DNA of 64,000 bases. It comes from Chloroflexota bacterium. GTDB lineage: Bacteria > Chloroflexota > Dehalococcoidia > Lucifugimonadales > JACPQL01. Both the position numbers and the translations under genes were made by a program. This document shows, in pieces, positions 27,935 through 37,891 of the stretch. Location: the NCBI GenBank assembly GCA_016190445.1, contig JACPQL010000041.1, positions 215 through 64,214 of the forward strand, given 5' to 3'. The notes under the pieces are model-generated. The model saw only the letters and a list, made by a program, of their open reading frames with translations, was not told the DNA's origin and searched no databases. Position 1 is the first letter of the stretch. Each line of letters begins with the position of its first letter.

Positions 27935-29122
27935 ATGACTGACACTCGGGAGCAGCCTGGCAACGGCCACGCCGGCGCCAGCGGGCTGAAAGTGGCACTG
28001 GTATCCCCATACGACTATGCCTACCCAGGGGGCGTGTCTGCTCACGTCTCGAACCTGGCCACCCAGCTCATCAGGATGGGGCACACCGTTAGGGTCTTGG
28101 CCCCAAGCTCCAGGCCCCCCAACTCCGATGACGGCGACTTCATCGCCTTGGGCCGGCCTGTGCCGGTGCCCAGCGGGGGGTCCGTCGCTCGCATCTCCCT
28201 CTCCTTCTGGCTGGAGCCCCGGGTGAAGGCGCTGTTGCGCCGGGAGGGGTTCGATATCATACATCTGCACGAACCCCTGGCGCCGGTGCTGCCTCTGACC
28301 ATCTTGCACTGCTCCCAGACCGCAAATGTGGGCACCTTCCACGCCTTCCATGGCAGCAACCGGATGTACCGCTTCACCCACCGTGTCCTGAGGCGATGGT
28401 ACCGCAAGCTGGACGGGCGCATCGCGGTCTCGCGGCCGGCCATGGAGTTCGTGAGCCGGTTCTTCCCCGGCGACTATCAGATCATACCCAATGGCATAGA
28501 TGTGTCCCGCTTTGCTGGTGACGCACCGCCCCGAAGGGAGTTCTGCGACGGCAAGACCAACATTCTTTTCGTGGGGAGAATGGAGAAACGCAAGGGTCTC
28601 AAGTACCTGCTGGGGGCGTTCAGCATCCTCAAGTGGCAGTTCCCTGACCTGCGGCTGCTGGTGGTAGGGCCCGGCAACCTGAACGCCGAGTGCCAGCGCA
28701 TCATCAGCGAGCGGAACATTCGTGACGTGGTCATTGTAGGCGGGATCCCCTTCGCTGAGCTGCCCCGCTACTACCGTTCGGCGGACATCTTCTGCTCCCC
28801 GGCGGTAGGCAAGGAGAGCTTCGGCATTGTTCTGCTGGAGGCCATGGCGGCGGGCAAGCCCATCGTGGCCTCGCAGATTGAAGGGTATGCCACCGTAATG
28901 GCCCACGGCCAGCAGGGGTACCTGGTGCCGCCGCGCAAGGAGGAGGCCTTGGCCGAGGCCCTGGCCTCACTGGTAAAGCAGCCGGACCTGCGTATGGAGA
29001 TGGGCGCCCGTGGCCGCGCCAGTGCCGAGGAGTACCGGTGGGATCGGGTGGCCGCCAGGGTGGCTGATTTCTACTACCGAGTCCTGGACCGCCGGCAGGC
29101 TACGGCGGGGTCGGGCCTCTAG
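27935..29122 (+). CDS. GT4 glycosyltransferase, PimA-like (phosphatidylinositol mannosyltransferase)
   Basis: VSPYDYAYPGGV, HLHEP, GRMEKRKG, ESFGIVLLEAMAAG. Confidence 0.8.
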   Translation: MTDTREQPGNGHAGASGLKVALVSPYDYAYPGGVSAHVSNLATQLIRMGHTVRVLAPSSRPPNSDDGDFIALGRPVPVPSGGSVARISLSFWLEPRVKALLRREGFDIIHLHEPLAPVLPLTILHCSQTANVGTFHAFHGSNRMYRFTHRVLRRWYRKLDGRIAVSRPAMEFVSRFFPGDYQIIPNGIDVSRFAGDAPPRREFCDGKTNILFVGRMEKRKGLKYLLGAFSILKWQFPDLRLLVVGPGNLNAECQRIISERNIRDVVIVGGIPFAELPRYYRSADIFCSPAVGKESFGIVLLEAMAAGKPIVASQIEGYATVMAHGQQGYLVPPRKEEALAEALASLVKQPDLRMEMGARGRASAEEYRWDRVAARVADFYYRVLDRRQATAGSGL

Positions 29123-29129
29123 CCAGGCC

Positions 29130-29714
29130 ATGGCCCACCACCGCGCACGCATCCTTCTTACCCGCTATTTCAGCGGACCGGTAGCTCGCCTGCTGCTGGC
29201 CCTGCATGTGGGCCCCAACGCTGTCACTCTGCTGGGGCTGGCGCTGAGCGGCGCAGCCGCCTATCTCCTTGCCAATGGCCATCTGCTGGCGGGTGGTGCC
29301 GTTACCCTGGCAGGCGGCGCCCTGGATGCAGTGGACGGCACTCTGGCCCGCCTGGGAGGCCGTGCCTCCTCCTTTGGTGCCTTTCTGGACTCGGCCACAG
29401 ACCGCCTTTCGGAAGCGGCGGTGCTTCTGGGCCTGCTGCTCTGGTATGCCAAGGAGACCTCGGCGACAGGGGTGGTCCTGGTCTACCTGGCGCTGGTGTT
29501 GTCCTTCATGGTGAGCTATACCCGGGCGCGCGCCGAGGGGCTCGGCCTGCGGGCAGACGTCGGCGTCATGGACCGCGCCCTTCGCCTGTTGGTGATCGCA
29601 CTGGGGCTGATGCTGGGCTTTCCAGAGGTGGCCCTGGGCATCGTAGCGGCGCTGTCTGCTTTGACTGCGGCCCAGCGGGCTGTCCACGTGTGGCGAGGCA
29701 CCCGCGGCGGGTGA
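29130..29714 (+). CDS. CDP-alcohol phosphatidyltransferase (phosphatidylinositol-phosphate synthase-like)
   Basis: PNAVT, DAVDGTLAR...GAFLDSATDR, SYTRARAE. Confidence 0.9.
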   Translation: MAHHRARILLTRYFSGPVARLLLALHVGPNAVTLLGLALSGAAAYLLANGHLLAGGAVTLAGGALDAVDGTLARLGGRASSFGAFLDSATDRLSEAAVLLGLLLWYAKETSATGVVLVYLALVLSFMVSYTRARAEGLGLRADVGVMDRALRLLVIALGLMLGFPEVALGIVAALSALTAAQRAVHVWRGTRGG

Positions 29715-29736
29715 GGAGCGGCCCTCTGCGCCCGCT

Positions 29737-31047
29737 TTATCTGTCCTCAGTGTCCTTGGGTGCCAAGATCTCTTCTTCACTAGCTGGCGGTGAAGCTACC
29801 CGGCTGACCCTGACCCGTTTGATCCGGCGGCCTATGGTGTTGATCACCTGTAGGCGCAGGCCGTCAGATACCACCTCATCGCCCGGGCTGGGGATTCTGC
29901 CCAACTCGTGGTAAACGAACCCTCCCACGGTGTCGAATCCCTCGCCGGAGATGCCGGTGGCGAAGGTGGCGTTCAGGTCGTCCAGACTCGTCCGCGCATC
30001 CATCACCGCCTCGCAGTGGCTGACCAGCTCCACGTCCGGCTCCGCCACTTCGAACTCGTCGGCCAGCTCCCCGACTATCTCCTCGAGGAGGTCCTCAATG
30101 GTCACCAGCCCGGCGGTGCCTCCGTACTCATCCACCACCACGGCAATGTGAACCCGATGCTCTCGCATGTCCTGGAGAAGCTGGTCCGCCCGTTTGGACT
30201 CGGGAATAAAGTAGGGAGGCCGAGCCAGCTCCCGCAGGCTCGGCCCGGGACTGTTCCCAGTGGTAACGGCTCGGACCAGGTCCCGGGCATGCACAATGCC
30301 AACCACGCTGTCAATTGTCCCCTCATAGATTGGGATGCGGCTGTGACCACCCTCCTGCATCATGGCGACCACCGACTCCACCGAGCTATCAGCGTCGGCC
30401 GCCATGATGTCCACGCGGGGCACCATGATCTCCCTGACGGTGGTTTTCTCCAGCCCCAAGATGGCCCGTATCATGCGGCGCTCCGCCTGATCCAGGGGCT
30501 CCTCGGTGACCACCACGGGCAGCGCCTCGTCTTCGGGGGCGCCGCTGGCATCGAGGGCAGGCGGCGCCACGGGCCTGATCACTAGGTGAGCCAGACGCCG
30601 CCCAAGCCCCACCAGCCTGGACAGCCATGCGAACGGCCACAGCAGCACCAGGGCCAGCAGTGCCAGGCGGGAAAGGGCGGCCAGAGAGGCCAGGCGCTCC
30701 TCAACGCTCCGGGCCACGCCGCGGAGCAGGGCCAGGAATGCCCACACCCCCACGGCAGCCAGGGCCACTACAACCCAACGGGACGCCGCCGAAGCCAGGG
30801 CCACCGCTGAGACGGTGGTGGCCACCGCCGATGCCATGCGGAGGACCGCGGCGGTGTCGGAGTAGACGCCGAGACGGGGTCTCAGATACCTCAATGCCTG
30901 ACCGCCAAACCCATCGGTCGGCTTGGGGTCTAGGAATGGCTCTCGCCGCAACAGGTTCAGCCCCGCCTCCAGGAATGCTGTCAAGAGGAACAGAAGGAGG
31001 GCAAGGAAGAGTACTACTGCGGCAGGCGTACTATCGCTCTCTAACAA
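29737..31047 (-). CDS. CNNM/CBS/CorC-HlyC family membrane protein
   Basis: VREIMVPRVD, HSRIPIY, VVDEYGGTAGLVTIEDLLEEIVGE. Confidence 0.9.
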   Translation of the reverse strand: MLESDSTPAAVVLFLALLLFLLTAFLEAGLNLLRREPFLDPKPTDGFGGQALRYLRPRLGVYSDTAAVLRMASAVATTVSAVALASAASRWVVVALAAVGVWAFLALLRGVARSVEERLASLAALSRLALLALVLLWPFAWLSRLVGLGRRLAHLVIRPVAPPALDASGAPEDEALPVVVTEEPLDQAERRMIRAILGLEKTTVREIMVPRVDIMAADADSSVESVVAMMQEGGHSRIPIYEGTIDSVVGIVHARDLVRAVTTGNSPGPSLRELARPPYFIPESKRADQLLQDMREHRVHIAVVVDEYGGTAGLVTIEDLLEEIVGELADEFEVAEPDVELVSHCEAVMDARTSLDDLNATFATGISGEGFDTVGGFVYHELGRIPSPGDEVVSDGLRLQVINTIGRRIKRVRVSRVASPPASEEEILAPKDTEDR

Positions 31048-31091
31048 CTTTTCTCACCCCCGCGCGTCACAAGAGCGTGGGGTCTGCCTCC

Positions 31092-32447
31092 TCAAGGAGG
31101 AGCAGGCACACGGCGCACTCTCCGCGCCGGGACGCCCACGACCAGGTAACCGGGGGGAACGTCTTTCGTCACCACGGAGCCGGCACCGGTCCTGGCCCGC
31201 GCCCCCACCCTGACCGGCGCCACCAGCAGGGAGTCGCTGCCGATGAACGCCCCCTCTTCGATGATGGTCTGGTGCTTGGCAACGCCGTCGTAGTTGCAGG
31301 TGATGGTACCGGCGCCGATGTTGACCCCTGGCCCCACGGTAGCATCCCCAATATAGCTGAAGTGGCCCATGTGGGTGCCCCGGCCCAGGCGGCTGTTCTT
31401 CACCTCGGCGTAGTTGCCCAGGTGGACCCCTGACTCCAGGTAGGCGCCGGGCCGCAGATGGCTGTAGGGGCCCACGTGCACCCCATCCTCCAGGACAGCC
31501 TCCTCCAGAGTGGAGGCGTCCACCTGGCACCCCCTCCCCACCACGCTGTCCCGGATGGTGGCGTTGGGCCCGATGCGGCACTCCTCGCCGATGCGGCTGC
31601 TGCCGGAGACGGCCGTATTGGGCAGGATGACGGTATCCTGGCCCAACTGTACCTCGGCACCGATGTACGTGGTCTCAGGGTCAAGCATGGTCACGCCGTC
31701 CCGCATCCACCTCTGGCGCAGCCGGCGCTGCATCGCCTGCTCCGCCACCGCAAGCTGGGCGCGGTCGTTCACTCCCATGACCTCCAGGGGCTCCTCCGGC
31801 TCCACCGTCTCTATCCTGGCGCCTTCCTGGCGCGCCAGGGCCACGAGGTCGGTCAGGTATACCTCACCGTTGTTGCGTGTCTCAAGGCGAGGCAAGTGGG
31901 CCCAGAGCCAGGGAGCGAAGAAACAGTAGATTGCTGAGTTGATCTCTGAGATGCTCCTGACCTCCTCCCCGGCCTCTGCCTCCTCCACAATGGCCACCAC
32001 CCGGCCGCTGGCGTCGCGCAGGATGCGCCCCATGCCATCCGTGGGGCACCGGGATGACGTGACCAGGGTTATGGTGGCACCCGACGCCGAATGGCGCTCC
32101 AGAAGGGCGCGCAGAGTGGCTGAGGAGATGAGGGGACAATCAGCGCCCATGGCCAGCACGGCGTCTGTGCTGGTACCCAGCGCGGGCGCTGCCTGGGCCA
32201 TGGCATCGCCGGTGCCCCGGGGTCGGGGCTGCTCCACCAGCTCCACCGCATCCCCCAGGGCCGCCTTCAGAGCGGTGGCGTGAGGCGGGACCACCAACAG
32301 AAGCCGGGCAGGACCGGTCTCTCGCACCGCGTCCACCACATGGCGGACCATCTCTTTGCCCGCCACCTGATGGAGTACCTTGGGGAGCCGCGACTTCATG
32401 CGGACTCCTCGCCCCGCCGCAAGCACCACTGCTGACCACGCACTCAT
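31092..32447 (-). CDS. glmU: Bifunctional UDP-GlcNAc pyrophosphorylase / GlcN-1-P acetyltransferase
   Basis: LAAGRGVRMKSRLPKVLH, hexapeptide repeats, HFSYIGDA, CNYDG. Confidence 0.95.
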   Translation of the reverse strand: MSAWSAVVLAAGRGVRMKSRLPKVLHQVAGKEMVRHVVDAVRETGPARLLLVVPPHATALKAALGDAVELVEQPRPRGTGDAMAQAAPALGTSTDAVLAMGADCPLISSATLRALLERHSASGATITLVTSSRCPTDGMGRILRDASGRVVAIVEEAEAGEEVRSISEINSAIYCFFAPWLWAHLPRLETRNNGEVYLTDLVALARQEGARIETVEPEEPLEVMGVNDRAQLAVAEQAMQRRLRQRWMRDGVTMLDPETTYIGAEVQLGQDTVILPNTAVSGSSRIGEECRIGPNATIRDSVVGRGCQVDASTLEEAVLEDGVHVGPYSHLRPGAYLESGVHLGNYAEVKNSRLGRGTHMGHFSYIGDATVGPGVNIGAGTITCNYDGVAKHQTIIEEGAFIGSDSLLVAPVRVGARARTGAGSVVTKDVPPGYLVVGVPARRVRRVPAPP

Positions 32448-32562
32448 GTCTGCTCCAGAAGAGAGGCAACCGCTTCGCCTGGCGGCCACAGCGGCCTGCG
32501 CACTGTGCAAAGCGTCAGGTCGCCAACTGTTGGCTTCGTAGCCACGTAACCAGCCAATATGC

Positions 32563-32642
32563 ATGATACGGAAGGCAAAACCTGGCTGTCAACCGAAAAT
32601 GGCGCCCCGCCCTGGGTGGCAAGGCGATGCCCATGCTATAAT
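32563..32642. promoter_or_regulatory. Divergent sigma70-type promoters for glmU and the tRNA-Ser genes
   Basis: Minus strand TTGACA (32587-32592), N18, TATCAT (32563-32568); plus strand extended -10 TGCTATAAT (~32634-32642). Confidence 0.6.
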
Positions 32643-32652
32643 CGGAGGTTGC

Positions 32653-32742
32653 GGAGAGGTGGCCGAGAGGCTGATGGCGCCGCTCTCGAAAAGCGGTACC
32701 GGGGCAACCCGGTCGTGGGTTCAAATCCCACCCTCTCCGCCA
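32653..32742 (+). tRNA. tRNA-Ser(CGA)
   Basis: GGAGAGG acceptor, anticodon arm CCGCT-CT CGA AA-AGCGG, long variable arm, GGTTCAAATCC, encoded CCA. Confidence 0.95.
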
Positions 32743-32922
32743 CCAGGGCTTGCCCCGACATGTCGGGGGACCCGCGCTTCGCCTGCGCAACTTTCAGAAA
32801 GGTGTCGGTGCTCACAGCAGGAGGCGCGGACGAAGGAGCGCAGCGCCAGGTCCCATGTGGCTGTCACGGGCCTCCTCTGATAGAGGGCCCGGTGAGCGTG
32901 GGTCTGGGCGAGCCCAGACGCT

Positions 32923-33011
32923 GGAGAGGTGCTGGAGTGGCCTAACAGGCGCGCCTGGAGAGCGCGTAGGGGCTTTGCCCCTCGCGGGTTCGAATCCCGC
33001 CCTCTCCGCCA
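32923..33011 (+). tRNA. tRNA-Ser(GGA)
   Basis: Anticodon arm CGCGC-CT GGA GA-GCGCG, long variable arm, GGTTCGAATCC, CCA. Confidence 0.95.
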
Positions 33012-33162
33012 GCAGGGCTCGGCCCTGCACCCGGGCTGGGCGGAGGCGGACTTCGGGGAACACGCCGATGCCAACGGCGGGATGCGCCGGCTGCTTGGTT
33101 CCAGGACCCAGGCGACTCAACACTCTTTTCCCGCGCCCAGCGCGGTGCTACACTCCCACTCT

Positions 33163-34278
33163 ATGTCAGACCTTTCATACTGGGTGGCCTTCGCCCGAAT
33201 CCCCAGCGTGGGGCGGGTGCGGTTCGGCCTTCTGGAGCAGAAGTTCGGCTCCCTGGAGGCCGCGTGGCAGGCGTCTGCCCGGGAGCTGGAGAGCGCCGGG
33301 CTGGACCGCCACGCCATCTCTGCCATTACCTGGGGCCGCTCCCACATCTCGCCACAAGAAGAGATAGAACGGATGGAGCGCGCTGGGGTGCGGGCCATCA
33401 CCTGGCGCGACGAGGGCTATCCCCCGCTCCTGCGCGAGATATACGACCTGCCGCCGGTGCTCTTCATCAAGGGGGGGCTGCTGCCGGAGGACCGGCGCTC
33501 TGTGGCCGTGGTGGGCACGCGCAACGCCACCGCCTATGGCCGGGAGGCAGCTACCTACCTGGCCGGGGACCTGGCCAGGAACGGCGTGACCATAGTCAGC
33601 GGACTGGCCCGTGGCATTGACGCGGTGGCGCACCGGGCCGCACTGGAGGCGGGCGGGCGCACCATCGCCGTGGTGGCCTCCGGTCTGGACATGGTCTACC
33701 CCCCTGAACACACGGGCCTGGCCCAGCAGGTAGCCGAGCAGGGGGCCCTGGTGAGTGAGTACCCCCTGGGGACGCGGCCCGAGGCCAGGCACTTTCCCCG
33801 TCGCAACCGCCTGCTCAGCGGCATGACCCTGGGCACGCTGGTGATAGAGGCCCCGGAGAAGAGCGGGGCCCTGTGGACGGTGCGCCACGCCCTGGAGCAG
33901 AACCGGGAGGTCTTCTGTGTCCCCGGCAGCGTCTTCTCCCCCGCCAGCCGGGCCACCAACTTGCTGATCCAGGAGGGGGCCAAGCTGGTGCTGGACTTCA
34001 AAGATGTCCTGGAGGAGCTGAACCTGAGCGCGGTGACGCAGCAGATGGAGCTGCCAGGCCTGCTGGTGCCTGAGGGGGACACTGAGGCGAAGGTGTTGCA
34101 GTGCCTGGGGTACGAGCCCATTCACATAGACGATGTGGGGCGCCGCTCCGGGCTTCCCATAGCCGCGGTGAGCAGCACCCTGGCCATGATGGAGATCAAG
34201 GGACTGGTGCGCTCGGTGGGCGCCATGAATTTTGTTCGCACCCGGGAGGCTGCTGCCGGGTATGCGGCTGTGGAGTGA
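33163..34278 (+). CDS. dprA: DNA-processing protein DprA
   Basis: YPPLLREIYDLPP, AVVGTR, VSGLARGID, FPRRNR, C-terminal winged helix. Confidence 0.95.
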   Translation: MSDLSYWVAFARIPSVGRVRFGLLEQKFGSLEAAWQASARELESAGLDRHAISAITWGRSHISPQEEIERMERAGVRAITWRDEGYPPLLREIYDLPPVLFIKGGLLPEDRRSVAVVGTRNATAYGREAATYLAGDLARNGVTIVSGLARGIDAVAHRAALEAGGRTIAVVASGLDMVYPPEHTGLAQQVAEQGALVSEYPLGTRPEARHFPRRNRLLSGMTLGTLVIEAPEKSGALWTVRHALEQNREVFCVPGSVFSPASRATNLLIQEGAKLVLDFKDVLEELNLSAVTQQMELPGLLVPEGDTEAKVLQCLGYEPIHIDDVGRRSGLPIAAVSSTLAMMEIKGLVRSVGAMNFVRTREAAAGYAAVE

Positions 34279-36425
34279 TGTCAACCATGCCTCGTGGAGA
34301 AAAACGCCTGGTCGTAGTGGAGTCCCCAGCCAAAGCGCGGACCGTAGGGCGCTTTCTAGGGGGCAACTATCTTGTAAAAGCCTCCTTGGGCCACGTCCGT
34401 GACCTCCCCAAGGGGAAGCTGGGGGTGGAGATCACCGATGGGTTCACGCCCGAGTACGCAGTCCTCAAAGAAAAGCAGTCCGTCATATCGGACCTGAAGA
34501 AGAGTTCGCGGGAGGTGGCCTCTGTGTACCTGGCCACCGACCCGGACCGGGAGGGTGAGGCCATCTCCTGGCACCTGAAAGAGGCAGTGGGATGGAAGAC
34601 CCTGCCGGTGCACCGGGTGGTCTTCCACGAGATCACCCAGGGCGCTATCCAGGAGGCGTTCCGCAACCCCAGAGACATAGATATGCGGCTGGTGAACGCC
34701 CAGCAGGCGCGGCGGATCCTGGACCGGCTGGTGGGCTACCAGCTCAGCCCCTTGCTGTGGCGGAAGGTACAGCGGGGCCTCTCGGCGGGCAGGGTACAGT
34801 CGGTGGCGGTGCGCCTGGTGGTGGACCGGGAGCGGGCCATAAGAGAGTTCGTTCCCGTGGAGTACTGGAGCATCGAGGCCACGCTGGCCAAGCACGGCCA
34901 GCAGCCGCCGCAGCCATTCGTCGCCGCTCTCTACTCCATTCGGGGCCAGAAGGGCAAGCTGCGCATCTCGGACGACTCCCAAGCGTCCACCATCGTCGCC
35001 GACCTGGAGGGGGCCTCGTACAGGGTACAGGAGGTCTCCCACAAGGAGGTGCGCCGCCGCCCCGCTCCGCCCTTCATCACCAGCACCCTCCAGCAGGAGG
35101 CGTGGCGCAAGCTGCGCATGCCCGCTCGCAGGACCATGGCCATTGCCCAGCAGCTCTACGAGGGGCTGCCCCTGGGGGCGGAGGGCGATGTCGGCCTTAT
35201 CACCTACATGCGCACCGACTCCACCCACGTGGCCGCGTCGGCCCTGCGGGAGACGCAGGCCTACATCCGGCAGAGGTTCGGCGAGCCCTATACTCCAAAG
35301 ATACCCCGCCAGTACACCAAGAAGGTCAAAGGCGCCCAGGAGGCCCACGAGGCCATCAGGCCCACCGCCATAGCCAGGGAGCCCTCGGCGGTGCGCCCCC
35401 ACCTGTCGCTGGAGCAGTACCGGCTGTACGAGCTGGTCTGGAGCCGCATGGTGGCCAGCCAGATGTCCGACGCCGTTCTCGACGCAACCCAGGTGGACGT
35501 GGACGTGCCGGGGCGCTCGGGCACGATCTACCTGTTCCGCGCCAGCGGCTCGGTCCTCCGCTTCCCCGGCTTCCTGGCCCTGTACCGCGAAGGGCGGGAT
35601 GAGGACAAAGAAGAGGAGGACGGCGCTCCTCTTCCAGAGCTGGCAAAGAGTGACGCCCTGGACTGCCTGGGGCTGAAGCCAGAGCAGCACTTCACCCAGC
35701 CGCCGTCGCGCTACACCGAGGCGACGCTGATCAAGGCGCTGGAGGAGAGGGGCATCGGCAGGCCAAGCACCTACGCCCCCATCCTGGCGACCATCGTGGA
35801 GCGCAGCTACATCATCCGGGAGCGAGGCCGCCTGGCGCCAACAGCCCTGGGGGAGGTGGTCAGCGACCAGCTTTCCGCCCACTTCCCAGAGATCATGGAC
35901 CCCGACTTCACCGCCCAGATGGAGGAGCACCTGGACGAGATCGCTCGCGGGGAGCGCCAGTGGGTGCCGGTGCTCAAGGAGTTCTACGGGCCCTTCTCCC
36001 AGGCCCTGGCCCTGGCCCAGGAGCAGATGCCCCGGGTGCGGGTGGAGGAGCCCACCGACGAGGTGTGCGAGCAGTGCGGGCGCCCGATGGTGGTGAAGAC
36101 GGGGCGCTTCGGCAGGTTCCTCTCGTGCAGCGGCTTCCCGGAGTGCCGGAACAGCCGGCCCCTGCTCCAGAAGACGGGGGTGGCGTGCCCTCGCTGCGGC
36201 GGCGACCTGGTGCAGCGCCGGGGGAAAAAGGGAAAGGGCCGGACCTTCTACGGCTGTTCCAACTACCCCACCTGCGACTTTGCCGTGGGCCAGCGGCCCC
36301 TGCTCGACCCATGCCCTCAGTGCGGTGGGCTGCTGGTGGCCTTGGGGCGCGGCGCCGCCCGCTGCACCCAGTGCGCCTTCCGCGGCCCCGTGCCGGAGCG
36401 GGAAGCGGTGGAGACGGGGGCATAG
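34278..36425 (+). CDS. topA: DNA topoisomerase I
   Basis: VVESPAKA, DPDREGEAI, SAGRVQS, ITYMRTDS, AHEAIRP, three C4 zinc ribbons. Confidence 0.97.
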   Translation: MSTMPRGEKRLVVVESPAKARTVGRFLGGNYLVKASLGHVRDLPKGKLGVEITDGFTPEYAVLKEKQSVISDLKKSSREVASVYLATDPDREGEAISWHLKEAVGWKTLPVHRVVFHEITQGAIQEAFRNPRDIDMRLVNAQQARRILDRLVGYQLSPLLWRKVQRGLSAGRVQSVAVRLVVDRERAIREFVPVEYWSIEATLAKHGQQPPQPFVAALYSIRGQKGKLRISDDSQASTIVADLEGASYRVQEVSHKEVRRRPAPPFITSTLQQEAWRKLRMPARRTMAIAQQLYEGLPLGAEGDVGLITYMRTDSTHVAASALRETQAYIRQRFGEPYTPKIPRQYTKKVKGAQEAHEAIRPTAIAREPSAVRPHLSLEQYRLYELVWSRMVASQMSDAVLDATQVDVDVPGRSGTIYLFRASGSVLRFPGFLALYREGRDEDKEEEDGAPLPELAKSDALDCLGLKPEQHFTQPPSRYTEATLIKALEERGIGRPSTYAPILATIVERSYIIRERGRLAPTALGEVVSDQLSAHFPEIMDPDFTAQMEEHLDEIARGERQWVPVLKEFYGPFSQALALAQEQMPRVRVEEPTDEVCEQCGRPMVVKTGRFGRFLSCSGFPECRNSRPLLQKTGVACPRCGGDLVQRRGKKGKGRTFYGCSNYPTCDFAVGQRPLLDPCPQCGGLLVALGRGAARCTQCAFRGPVPEREAVETGA

Positions 36426-36565
36426 GCGGTCGCCCGAAGGTTGCACGGACCCGTACAGGTGAAAGGAGGCGCCCAAGTGTGCGGAGGCAGGGCGTCGCCT
36501 CATGTATAATGAGCACACGAGGTCGTGAATGAAGCCTAGGCGAGGCCCCCGAAAGGTCGTGAAGC

Positions 36566-36976
36566 GTGACTCAGCAAAAGCCGAACCGCGAACAGAGACG
36601 GCATCCTAGCCGCGCTGCTGAGCAATTGCCATCACAGATACAGGTCAGCTACATCAACCGCACCGTCTCCCCTGTGCTCCACGCCGACGGCGTGTTCGGT
36701 GGTCTGACACCACATGGGTTGCTCTATATGGCGTTTTTTTCCGAGCATGCTAAGATTCCCGATAGTGCACAATTGGCCGTGGATAAGGTGGCCCGGAAAA
36801 TCAGGCCGGTGCCCCAACCCGATACAGAGTGGGTACGGGAGGTGGGGACGGAAATCATCATGGGTTTGGATCTCGCCCGCTCCTTCCGGAAATGGCTAGA
36901 TGACAAGATCAAGCTGATTGAGCAGAATGAGCCAGCCAATACCTTCACTGTAGTCGAAGAGCAACAGCCGTCATGA
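36566..36976 (+). CDS. Hypothetical protein (cassette gene 1)
   Basis: ORF with HADGVFGGLTPHG core; TGTATAAT upstream (~36503); overlaps the next gene by 4 nt. Confidence 0.7.
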   Translation: MTQQKPNREQRRHPSRAAEQLPSQIQVSYINRTVSPVLHADGVFGGLTPHGLLYMAFFSEHAKIPDSAQLAVDKVARKIRPVPQPDTEWVREVGTEIIMGLDLARSFRKWLDDKIKLIEQNEPANTFTVVEEQQPS

Positions 36977-37419
36977 CAACAATCACGCTTCCACCGCAGC
37001 CTAACGAGACTAGAACACGATATAGCAGCTTGTTGCCCATAAGCACAGCCTCCGCTGTAAGTGACGCCTTTCGTGGCTCTGTCATATCCCCAACTGCAAG
37101 TGTAGTCACGCGCCAAAGAGCCGATCCGCTTCGCGAGCAGTTCCGAGCCTTGGCCGATTGGTGGCATGACGCGACTGATGCCTTGTCATCTCCGGATGAA
37201 AAGGCAGAACATGTAGCTTATCAACGCATTGTCGCCGCAGGTCGCCCAGTGCTACGCTACATCCTCGAAGACTTGCGTGATCGTGGCGGCCATTGGTTCA
37301 TGGCGCTTGAGGAAATCACGCATATGGAGCCTCCAATTCCGGACGGCGTGACTCCCAGTCTTCGGGCAGAGAGGGACGCGTGGCTTTCATGGGGAAAGGC
37401 TACGGGCGTTCTTGACTAG
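36973..37419 (+). CDS. Hypothetical alpha-helical protein (cassette gene 2)
   Basis: FRALADWW...HVAYQRIV...HWFMALEEIT...WLSWGK; overlaps both neighbours. Confidence 0.7.
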   Translation: MTTITLPPQPNETRTRYSSLLPISTASAVSDAFRGSVISPTASVVTRQRADPLREQFRALADWWHDATDALSSPDEKAEHVAYQRIVAAGRPVLRYILEDLRDRGGHWFMALEEITHMEPPIPDGVTPSLRAERDAWLSWGKATGVLD

Positions 37420-37891
37420 CCATCGGCTGAATCTCGGAATCTCCGATATGCAAGCACGTCAGCACTGGCCGAGTCTCACGCCAGATAGCTTCGTTGAAAC
37501 CAGCCCCGTGGATCCCTTCTACAATTGCGCGGCGCATGCCGCCGACGATAACGATAAACCGTGGTGGCCTTCTCGCGCCCGCCGGTACTATTGGCCCCCG
37601 GATGTGCCGAGGACCGCACATCTCGCTTCCTTTGAGGCTGCCTATGTCACAAAAGGTTATGAGAGATGTGCCACCCCAGACCTGGAAGAAGGCGTCGAGA
37701 AGATTGCCGTCTATGCTCTTGATGGCGTGCCCAAACATGTTGCTAGGCAACTCGCCAGCGGTCGATGGACAAGTAAGCTCGGCGACCTGAAGGACATTGA
37801 CCATGCTACACTGGACGACCTAGCAGGGCCTTTCTACGGGCATCCCATCCTCTTTATGAGGAGGCCGCGTGCCCAAGAGGATGCCGGATAA
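37412..37891 (+). CDS. Hypothetical protein with Cys...His motifs, DUF7689-like (cassette gene 3)
   Basis: YNCAAHA, WWP, YYWP, KIAVYA...KHVARQ...WTSKLG. Family assignment is from recall, not a search. Confidence 0.65.
   Translation: MTSHRLNLGISDMQARQHWPSLTPDSFVETSPVDPFYNCAAHAADDNDKPWWPSRARRYYWPPDVPRTAHLASFEAAYVTKGYERCATPDLEEGVEKIAVYALDGVPKHVARQLASGRWTSKLGDLKDIDHATLDDLAGPFYGHPILFMRRPRAQEDAG

Noticed and set aside
32743-32922. SRP RNA (ffs) or a third tRNA between the tRNA-Ser genes
   Set aside because: No SRP domain IV motif (CAGG...GGAA...AGCAG) and no T-loop on either strand.
32929-33162. N-terminal extension of DprA
   Set aside because: It overlaps tRNA-Ser(GGA); DprA similarity begins at 33163.
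34356-36518. 720-aa minus-strand ORF (similar long ORFs at 39536-41362 and 43006-44916)
   Set aside because: Antisense to topA, pepP/efp and pnp, with no recognisable motifs.
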